Assembly (NCBI RefSeq): GCF_037042905.1
Contig: NC_087245.1
Location: 16,618,001-16,682,000, forward strand
Length of the DNA: 64,000 bases
Reading direction: 5' to 3'
Origin: Lytechinus pictus
Taxonomy: Eukaryota
In this document: piece by piece, positions 41,494-51,790 of the stretch
How the letters are laid out: each line of letters begins with the position of its first letter
How positions within the stretch are numbered: position 1 is the first letter of the stretch
Made by a program: the position numbers and the translations under genes
Notes under the pieces: model-generated
Database searches by the model: none
Told to the model about the DNA's origin: nothing
The model's input: only the letters and a program-made list of their open reading frames with translations

Positions 41494-42865
41494 TTGCGTT
41501 TGAAGCGTAGTAGATAAAAAAAAAGCTGAAACCAAGTGTCATTTCGACGTCACACATGAATAAATTTAGGCATTTCTTAGATGACGGTTCATGATGTGAC
41601 TGCCCCATCCAGTGTGCCTCCCTTTCCAAAATAACCTGCGCGTCATGTTTTATCCAATTTAAATTATGTTTGTTTATCTAAATGAATAGGGTCTATTTTG
41701 TGTGAAAATGTAATGTAAATAACGATGAAATGTAAATAACTATTTTAGTAACAGATGATATAAATAAAAACTGAGTTAATGTTAGTTTTTTTGTTTTCTA
41801 TTCGCTTGTTTTTGTTTTTTTTGTTCGTTTGCGTGTTTTTCTTTTGGGGGATGGTTCTTTTTTATTATCATTCGGAGATGAGTTTATCAATGAAACTTAT
41901 TTGGAAAAGAGAAAATGCTCTCATTCCACACTGATATGGGTGGGAGTATGTGTGTGTGTGTGTGTGGATAACGAACACCTTTTGACAACCTATCAATAAC
42001 CACATATAATTTCTTTGGCGATATATGAAAAGAGATAAAAAAGTAGGCACTACCCTAAATTCTGATTTACGACCTGAATAATCATAACGTAACATCAAAA
42101 ACAAACAAACAAACGATAAACTCGCTAAAACTATTGGAATGAATATTTTGTTACAGTAAAATAATGTTCTTTCATTTGATGTATACACTACAATTCTTTC
42201 AAGCTAATGAGTTAGTTTTGTATTTTCTTCAAAATATAAATTTTATTTGGCACATATCACAACGATATAAAAGTAAACTTCTTAATTCATTTCTAGAAAA
42301 TGCCAATACGAAATTTATATCACCCAAAATAACTTTATAGTCATGTACATTTTGTGGACATCTACAGGAAACTTTCTGATAATTAGGCATGAGCAGAAAT
42401 CACAGGGGGGACGCGTCCCCCAATACTAAAAATAGTAGGGGGGGGGGACAAAATATCAAATGTCCCCCTACTATTTTTGGTCTTTTATGATGGAGAAAAT
42501 ACATCATTCACAATCGAAATAATACATGTTTATTGAAATAAATGACCTTACATTTTGGGTGAAAAACTTTTTTTTTGCTTGTCAATTTTTTTGGTTAAAA
42601 CGACCTTACATTTTGGGTGAAAATCTTCTTTTTTTTGGTCAAAGTTTCCAGCCCTTGGTCCCCCCTACCTTTGGCAATCCCACAACACATTTCTTAAGGG
42701 GTTAGAATTGAAACTTTCCAGACACACAGACACTCCGTACTTTCTTTTAATTATCGAGCTTTAGAAATATTAACTCACCCGCAAAAGGGGACAATTAGTG
42801 AACTTTTTCATTCATGAAAGATGAAATAAAAGTTGATATTGAAATTTAAAATGAGACAGAAAACC

Positions 42866-43070
42866 TTATTCTGGTAAGATATCAGGGTCGACGCCAGTCG
42901 CCTTGCAGGTGATATCCCAAAGTTGTTTGGCAACTTGCTCGTCTTCAGCCAACTTAGACTCCTTTCCCAGGCTACAGTTGGTAAAGTATCCGCCAGAAAG
43001 TTGTGTGATTGATTCGTCGATAGCACAATAGATAGTGGTTTGGGCGCCATCCTTCTCATTTCGCAAGAAT
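42866..43070 (-). CDS. Retinol dehydrogenase 11-14-like SDR, copy 1, exon 5 (last)
   Basis: CAG acceptor; FLRNEKDGAQTTIYCA...SGGYFTNC...AEDEQVAKQLWDIT...PE*, typical of the RDH11-14 C-terminus. Confidence 0.92.
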
Positions 43071-43141
43071 CTGAGCAGAAACGATAAGCACATTTTGTTA
43101 GGATATTTTAGGTTAAGGATAGAATGACAATCAAATCGACA

Positions 43142-45014
43142 AAATAGTCGACAAAGAGCTCAGGAAGGCACGACGAGAATTCATATCGGATCTATCGGTT
43201 CAAGTTAGGATTTCTGGAAATACATTAAAACCAGACGAAAGGATAACGTTGGGATCCAGAGTCTTAAGACTGGAAACCAAACCATTACTGATGATCAAGG
43301 AAAAATCAGACATACTGGCTTAGCAATTCCAAAGCGTATTCTCCAGAGATGTTGGCCAGACTCCTAACCTACCTCAAAGGAATTTCCCAGAATTCCTGAG
43401 ATTGACATTGCAACGAGTGGTATCATAAAATTGTTGAATAAACTGGATACCTTAAAAGCTGCAGGTCCAGACAACATACCAAACCGTATCCTCAAGATTG
43501 CAGCTAGACAATTAGCTCCTGTTCTGCAATTCATATTTAGGCAATCATATGACCAAGGACTTCTTCCTGATGATTGGTGTAAGGCCAACAATGCAGCTAT
43601 CTATACAAGAAGCGCGCAAAGAGTGAAGCAGCCAATTATCGTCCCAAGTCCTTTACTTATGTATGCTATAAACTGATAGCATATAGCCATGATAGCCAGC
43701 TGATGAAACATATTTCCACGAACTCAATCATTTCTGATTACTAACATGCTTTCCTACAGGTTAGATCATGTGATACACAGTTGATTGCTACAATCCATGA
43801 TCTTGCTTCAATCCACAACTGTAAGGAAACGTGTGACATCGCCATCCTTGACTTTAGAAAGACATTCGATGTTGTTCCGCATCAGAAACTGCTGCAGAAA
43901 CTACAAATGTTTGGTCTCCGCAACACGAATCTTGAGTGGATAAGATCCTTTCTGATGCGTCGCTTCCAAAGGACATTGGGAAACAAAAAACATCAAATTG
44001 GTTACCAGTCTTGAGAGGTATACCGCAGGGTACAGTTTTCGGCCCGCATGTTTTCATCATATGACCTTACAGAAACGATATGTTTTACAGCAAGGCTGAT
44101 TAAGCCTACTGACGACTGTATACTCTACAATACCATATCCAGCCCCTCCGATGAGAAATTGCTACAAAAGGGATCTTGACAGCCTTGTCAAGTGGGCTAG
44201 CACCTAGGGATGAAATTCAATGCATCTAAGCGCTCGGCTATGAGGATATCTGGAATATCTAGGAAGAAAGATCCAGGCCATACGATATCACTCTTCTAGG
44301 AATACAACTTAGGGAGGTTAACAGTCATGAATACTCGGGGATCTACATATAAAATAATCCGAAATGGGATAAATAGACACAATATGCAATATCAAATAGT
44401 AAAAAGGTCTTAAACTTTATCAGAAGAAACTTCAATCACTGTTCCAGAAAGATAAAAGAGCGTCTTTATCACACCTTGGTGATACCCCATCTCGAGTATG
44501 TTTGCATTGCATGGCAACCAAGTACAATCAAGAATCTCAAATCTTTTGAAATGGTACAAAGACGGACTTCTCGACTCGTGATGGAGAAGTACAGTAGAGA
44601 AACCAGCATTACACATATATGTCGGAGACACTGGGCCGGAACTCCATAGAGGACGGAAAAAAAAAATATCATCTTCTTTAAGATGATACATGGAGAACTC
44701 CACCTAGATCTACAAAATACACCTCAAATAAGGAAACACGACTGAGACGCCCAAACGATGAACAATTCAAGGTGAACTCTACCTTCATATCAACAACACA
44801 ATTAGCCAGCTCCTTCTTCCCCGAAACAATCACCATTGGAACAATCTCAAAAAAGAAAATATGATCACTTTAAGAAGCTCTGAAACCTACAAAATCCAAC
44901 TACAAAAGGCCCTCCAAAAACCCAAACCCCCAAACCATAGGTAATACCATCACTCTAGTCAGCCCCGAGCAACACTTCCTGGCGGAGGACTTCGGGGAAA
45001 ACGTCTCCAAGGTG
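43142..45014 (+). mobile_element. Decayed 5'-truncated CR1/L2-type LINE (reverse transcriptase pseudogene) in RDH copy 1 intron 4
   Basis: Frameshifted fragments KAAGPDNIPNRILK...DW.KAN, DIAILDFRKTFDVVPHQKLLQKL, GIPQGTVFGP, DDCILY; 3' stem-loop CCCCGAG...TTCGGGG; absent from the same intron of copy 2. Confidence 0.9.
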
Positions 45015-45617
45015 CATCTCCATGATAACATAAAGAGACGACATCTAACAAAAGGGTCTATTAAACTTTCTGCCACATCGGCCTGGTGGTTCCCCATTGG
45101 ATGGTGTGGATGGATTAGGAGGCAGTGTATTAATTTAAATATTGCATAAAATAACGTATATCATACCTACATGGCGTAGTGGTATAATCAATGCACTGTG
45201 AAGTAATTGTTTCCGTCTTAATTTATTGGATTTAAAAGCGAAAGAGTGCATGATCACTTTTGTTTTTACAAGAAAAGGAGCTGTTCCTCATTCTAAAAAT
45301 AATAATTCAATCAGTGGTGTTAATCTCTTTCATGTGTCTTAAAATTATAATGTTCCAACAAAATAACTTGTCTCATAATCTGAGAAATGACATTTCAATA
45401 TTAAGTAATGGCCTTCCCATATTTCTTATTATTTGCTATATAGCCCAATCGTTTTCTCATGACCCATCGGAAGTTCCTTTGTTCTTTCGGCAAATTATAA
45501 TTTTTTTTACAAAGACATTATCCAAATTTTGTATTTTCATGTTGCAGAAGACTGAATTACAAAGCCTAAATATACATAGTATGAACGGCTGATTACAAAA
45601 AAAGGAAACGAACTCAC

Positions 45618-45825
45618 ATTAGAAGGGGCATTCCCACCAAGTAGAGAAAACGTAATATTCCGGACCGTACGGTAACTCGACTGGACTCCCAGATGTTAGT
45701 GTATACAATCCCGGGATTTACTGAATACGCTGTGACACCAGTCCCCGATAGGCGGCGTGCTAACACGTTAGTGAAGTGAATATTTGCCACTTTACTTTCA
45801 AGATAGCGGTTCAACCCAGATACTC
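45618..45825 (-). CDS. RDH-like SDR, copy 1, exon 4
   Basis: Catalytic YxxSK (YLESK), ARRLSGTGVTAYSVNPG; CAG acceptor and GTGAGT donor. Confidence 0.92.
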
Positions 45826-46511
45826 CTGTTAGTGGTAAGATACAATTCTCATTGGTAATTTAAACTTGCCGTATTACAAACTGATATCGATCTCATTCTG
45901 TAAGGTCAAAGTACAAACCTAATTTTGTAACGCACCAAGTTTGGTATACATTTTTAGCAGCGGGAAATGGGAGGGGGGGGGGGTAGGGCAGGTTTTAAAT
46001 ATTGTAATAACATTTTTGGGGCATGAATGTCAGATTGGAACAAATATTACTACATGTTTTCTCCAAAATTGTGATCGAAGTAAAAGAGCAATATTTTTGT
46101 AATTTCTCCCAAAGATTAAGAAGGAAATTGAATATATACTCATCTAAAAATATAGGCCTACTCATCTAACAGGGTAGGCATACTAGTAAGAGGACAGAAT
46201 AACATGAGTTCAACTCTGTGTAAATTGTGGTGTAAAAATACAAATTATATATCCAAATATTCATAGGGTCATTTTAAGAGACAGGGGGGGGGGGGGCTTC
46301 AGCACGGGCGGACCCAGGGGGTGGTGTAGCTACCATTACATGGATCCACCCTTAAACTCCATCCTCAAATCCAATCATGATAACAAAACGGTGCTGATAA
46401 GATTATTTAATAATCATGATTCGCGACGGAAATGGGTTAATCAAAATTATTGTTATCATGTACCATTATGATGTTTATCATCTTTTATCCTAATACCCTC
46501 ATTGTCATTAC

Positions 46512-46712
46512 CTTTGCCTGATATATCTGTGTAATCAATTTGTTTGATCCTGAGGTGACCGAACGATGATACATTGATGATCCGACTGGGGGCACTCTTC
46601 TTAATAAGCTCAATCAACGCCAGAGTTAGCACGAAATGACCAACGTGATTCGTTGCCATGGTGGTATCATAGCCTTCTGGCGTCAGACCACGGTCGGAGA
46701 AATTGACCAGTC
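46512..46712 (-). CDS. RDH-like SDR, copy 1, exon 3
   Basis: ATNHVGHFVLT...KKSAPSRIINVSS; phase 1-1, 201 nt. Confidence 0.92.
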
Positions 46713-47068
46713 CTGTTTGTGTTAGATTTAAATACACATTTAATTAGCCAAAGGATAAAGGAGAAGGAGAATTTTAAGAAGAAGATGAAGAAGAAAAAGC
46801 TTGAAGGAATATATAAAAATGCAAGAACTTTCTCGATGATGTAATTTTTTTTACTATTGCTTGTTGAATTTCTTCCATTTACCCAAATCAGCTCGAGTTG
46901 GACTTAGCCTATAAAAAAAATGTTTAGTGTGAAATTCTCAAATGAGGCTTCCTTTTCTTCATTCTATGAGTTTTGCTGGATTTCGCACCCTAAACAAATT
47001 TTAAACCTATAACTTAACTGAAACTTTAGAATGTTAAATTATACAAAATCAGTTCTATGATCAACTAC

Positions 47069-47311
47069 CTGCATTGTTTATGAGAACGTCAAGTCTCTCC
47101 TCTCCTTTTAGAATTTCGTCTGCGCACTTTTTGACTGAATTCAAGTCTGATAGGTCTATTTGCTTGAAGATGACATTTTCATTTGATGATCTCTTGCGGA
47201 CATCGGCCACTGCTACTTTTGCTTTTGTTGGGTTGCGACATCCCATGATAACCCTAGCTCCTCGGCTAGCAAGGTCAATAGCAGTCTCTCGACCAATACC
47301 AGCATTGGCAC
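47069..47311 (-). CDS. RDH-like SDR, copy 1, exon 2
   Basis: (G)ANAGIG...RGARVIMGCR...DLSDL.SV...LDVLINNAG Rossmann-fold motifs; phase 1-1, 243 nt. Confidence 0.93.
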
Positions 47312-48100
47312 CTGGAAGATAAGAAAAATCTGTCATTTTTTTTAAACCGTGAATGATAACTATTTTTTGGAAAGAAAAAACAAAAAACATGAGAATAAAG
47401 ATATCATGATGCCTATTTTAACTATAGCCGAGCTTTGGTAGCTGTATCACAGCTGTGATGATTACCGGGGATGGTTAATGGATCAGATGCATAAAAATGC
47501 ATTGATGGCGAGCAATTGCTTCAAGCACAAGTAATTGCTAGCCAAGTAAAAATCATGCCTCAGCAAATGCTTAATTTCATATGCATAACCCTTGGCTAGC
47601 CCTTGAACCCTGAAAAATTGTTGGGAGCTAGCAGTGAATTGATGAGAAAATTTTCAAAATTTAAGAACGAAAAAGCTGTTTTGGAGCACTTTGCAGCATT
47701 AGTAGGATGCTTATGACAACATGTACTTCATATTTTTTTATTTTTCAAAATTTCGGAGGTGGGACCAACTCACTGGAGGCAAATGCCCCCCTTGGTGCCG
47801 TCACTGGTCTGGGGTAGAGCCCCCGGAACCTCGTATCTTTAAACATTGCAGATTGCAAAATGGTCTGCTCTTTCATTTGGAATTTGATTATTGTTGAAAT
47901 GAGTTTAAATGTTTACTACTATTTCTTTCGATCTTGGTGATAACTTAGCATTCATGTTCATGCGAAATTGCCGCGAATCCAGAAATTGTCTAAGCGGACC
48001 TTTATATCCTTTTACTTGGTCATAAATACATATATTTTACATTCCCCAAATTATAAAGTAAATAAACAAACCAATGAAAATTACATCTTTGAAAAATTAC

Positions 48101-48338
48101 CTGTTATAAGAACTGTCTTTCCTCTCAGGCTGATGCGACTGTTCACTCGACGGGTACCTGGATGCCATCTTAAGGTTAATCCTCTATTGAAATAGCGATA
48201 TACAGCATGCGATGTGAACACGGTGAAGACGATGCTAGGTAATATACCAAGGGCGACTTTAACAGAAAGAGAAGAGTTGTTAAGCCATTCCAAAGACTGT
48301 TGCAGAAACATCGTCCCGTAATCTTCAACGAGCTCCAT
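48101..48338 (-). CDS. RDH-like SDR, copy 1, exon 1 (N-terminal membrane anchor and start of TGxxxGIG)
   Basis: MELVED...hydrophobic VALGILPSIVFTVF...LRGKTVLIT(G); donor G|GTAATT; spliced CDS 1095 nt = 364 aa with no stops. Confidence 0.88.
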
Positions 48339-49484
48339 GCTAATAACCCCAAATCACTGTATATAAGCTGGGCAAGTAAACGTGGCTATAATATAGGACC
48401 TATGTTTATTTTGAATACGCGCGTTAACGAAAAAAAAGCCAATAGAAATAAATATGAATGGATATTTTATGTTCATTGTGCTTGATGGTTAATCCAGAGG
48501 TCATGCTATACAAAATCACAGTCAGGCCTGTGTAACGTTATTGCGGTACATGTATGCAGGCCCCAGTCGCCGATCCGTGGGGGAGTGGGGATGGCGAGGG
48601 GCCTTCATTACCCCCTCCCCCCCCACCACCACCACCACCATAAAAAATACAACTCAAATAAATAAATTGAAATAAATATTGTTATAATTAAGAAACAATA
48701 GGAAATAAAAAGGAAATAAAAATCAAATAACAAAAAACACGAAAAGGCAAAAGTAAGAAAGCAGTAAAGAAAAGGGAGATGGAAACATGATTGCATGGAG
48801 AGAGAAAAAAAAGAAAAGTTAAATAGGAGGAAAGAGAGGGAGAAAAAGGAAATGGAGAAGAGAAATTATAAGGGAGGTCATAGAGGGTGGAAAAGGTAAG
48901 AAAACGGGAACGGAAAAGGGAGAGAAAGAAAAAAAAGGAGAAGGGGAAGACAGATGGGAAAGAAATGGGGGGGGGGGGGGGACGAAGAAGTAAAGCAAAG
49001 GAATAGAGGCGTAGATGAAAGGGAAATTCATAGAAAGAAATTGAAGCAACGGACGTGATATGGAGAAGGGGATAGAAAAGCGGAGGGAAGAAAAACGAAA
49101 ATGACAGTCTCTCCCCACGAGAGTAAGTTGAAATGAAGAGTGAGGACTCATTAAGCTTAAGTGTTATTCCTCGTTTCCCCCTTATTTTTCCACAAAGGAA
49201 TGGGGGGGGGGGGGTGGGACACTTCGGCTCTTGCTTTGGGGGAGCGAGGCCTCGTCCAATCCCCCTGTAATATTACAGGAAAGAGAGAAATAAAGAAATT
49301 GGGTGGGAAAAGGAAATACTAGTAACAGAAAAAGAGGGATAATAATCAGTTGAAAGACAGAGGCTTTCTTACAAATTATAAATCTAGAAACGCAAAAGCA
49401 ATTGCCTTCTCTCGTGAATAGTGGGGATGTGGAAATATGACATAGGCGTATCCGGGGGGGGGGGGGGCGAAGCAGCTGCGGTAT

Positions 49485-49698
49485 GGTGGTGGTGGTAGTG
49501 ATTTTTAACCTGATTGCTAAGAAAGCATGAATGCTTGTAAGCAAGCAACCAGAGGACCGACGGCTTAAGGTCCTCTCCGAGGGACCTGGTAATGATGATT
49601 AATGCCTTACCAAAGGGCACTAGCGCACCAATTGGGAATCGAACCCGGGTCACCGGAATCCGAATCCCCCGCTCTACCGACTGAGCTATTGGTGGCTC
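49485..49698 (-). mobile_element. tRNA-derived SINE
   Basis: Minus strand has A box TAGCTCAGTCGG and B box GGTTCGATTCC, followed by a non-tRNA body and a (CAC/CAT)n tail. Confidence 0.85.
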
Positions 49699-50072
49699 AA
49701 AATAAAGAGAATAAAAGAGAATAAAAGGGGGTCTCAGGGAATTAAACAAATGAATACAAATAATACGAAAAGGGAACTAAAGGGTAAAATGCACAAGAGA
49801 AAGTAAACGGATGAAGTTAAGTGCAGAAAATAAAAGCAGGAGAATATGACAACTTGAAACCTCTTAGGTCACTATATCAAAGAAAAAAAGTTCATTCGCG
49901 CTTCGCGCTCTCATTGCCCGTTTCATGAGAAAACATATCATATTCAAAATGATGACAATGCACTTAAAATGTCTCGTTTTTAACCCTCAATAATATAGAA
50001 AGAAAATATACTTCTGCTCGTGCTTCGCACTTTTATTGGTTCCAAGATAAGCCTCCTAGTCCATGTATTCTA

Positions 50073-50365
50073 CACCGTTAGAAAATTTCTACTTAAAAAA
50101 ACAAAAATTCCGGCAGCAGAGTCTCGAGAACACTTGTAATCTTACTGCACCCTGTAACCTTACATTGTGCAAAATTACAGAAAATTAATTTTTCGTGTAT
50201 GTAAACTATTTCCCCCCTTTTTAAAACAGACCTGTTGTGTAAAATTGTAGAAAAATTGTATAAAAAAATCCTGTAACAACAATTTACAGAATGATTTCGT
50301 TATTTTTTTTTCTGTAAAATCTTTTTTTTTTTCTTCTGTAAAATCTTCTGTGTTTTCTAACAGTG
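50073..50365. mobile_element. MITE with TA TSD
   Basis: TA|CACCGTTAGAAAA ... TTTTCTAACAGTG|TA. Confidence 0.75.
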
Positions 50366-51430
50366 TAGATTAAAAAAAGTGATTAGAATGTCCTGTTTCC
50401 GTGTTTGGTTTAGTCCTGAATAGTAAAATAAATAGCTTGCGTTTCGCGTTCTTATTTTGTGTATACTTAAATGGGTTATAATCTTGTTCAAGAATTTGTA
50501 CTAATAGTCCAAAAAAGTTTTATTTTTTAGGAAGGCTTATTCCTTTAGTGACAAACATGTACTCGTCTTCGCGTGTATTGGATGCTAGAGGTAGCAAATG
50601 AAGACACCGACGCTCTCGTCATTGACCTCATAATTACTAACCTCTAATTGGACACAAGCGTCACGAAAAATGATATCGATAAGCCATAATGATTGCGTAA
50701 CGCCAAGAAGACAAACATCAAGGAATTCAAGAGCGATCATCGTGAAATTTATTTATTTTATTTATTTATTTCAAAATATTTATTCAGGATAAAAACTTGT
50801 ATCAGCACAATGGCTGTTTTACATCATGGTCCTGAAGGACAAAATATAATCAGTAAAATAAATTCAATATTCATAAGATTAATATACTAGCAACAAAGCG
50901 AATTCGCAAGTTCGCAAGATACAACATCAGACAAAAGGTGTACGCTGTAAAGAACCAAATTAAGATCACTGTCAAACATGAAGGTTTTCATCCGTGAAGA
51001 CTTTAACATCGATCAGACAAGAAATCATCAGACAAGCTCTGAAAACTGACGCGATCACGAAAGCGTGGAAGATATAGACGGCAGGATCCACGTCAGACCG
51101 TCAAGAACGTCACAATCCGAACCCTGTAGCAGATCTCGACAGACTTTAACATGGCCATGGGACATATGGGGAGCGGGGAGCTATTTTTTTTTCTATGGGG
51201 TGCTGCGTGTGTTATTTTCCATAGGCAGCACTATGAGGCGCCGAATGTACCAATATTATATAGAACAATTATTTGTTATATAATCATTATTTATTAAATA
51301 ATAACTATTATTTATATATAATTTACATTTTATTTGTAAATAACTACTATTATATAAAATATCATTTCTAATTATTTATATATAATTCCAAGTAATACTT
51401 CATTATTTGTAAATAATAATAGTTCGACAT

Positions 51431-51790
51431 TCCATTATTTATAAATAATGATTATTTGTTTTTCATTATTTATAAATAATGATTATTTGTTTTTCATTAT
51501 TTATAAATAATGATTATTTGTTTTTCATTATTTACAAATAATGATTATTTGTTTTTCATTATTTATAAATAATGATTATTTGTTTTTCATTATTTATAAA
51601 TAATGATTATTTGTTTTTCATTATTTACAAATAATGATTATTTGTTTTTCATTATTTATAAATAATGATTATTTGTTTTTCATTATTTATAAATAATGAT
51701 TATTTGTTTTTCATTATTTACAAATAATGATTATTTGTTTTTCATTATTTATAAATAATGATTATTTGTTTTTCATTATTTATAAATAAT
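51431..51790 (+). repeat. 31-bp tandem repeat, left foldback arm (11 units plus a partial)
   Basis: Unit TTCATTATTTA(T/C)AAATAATGATTATTTGTTT. Confidence 0.95.

Noticed and set aside
47074..47322. Plus-strand 82-aa ORFs conserved in both RDH copies (also 61393-61641)
   Set aside because: Antisense shadows of RDH exon 2
49620..49698. tRNA gene
   Set aside because: A and B boxes are present but there is no convincing cloverleaf, and it continues into a SINE body and tail
51431..51790. CRISPR-like array of 31-bp palindromic repeats
   Set aside because: Units are directly adjacent with no unique spacers; eukaryotic context; no cas genes
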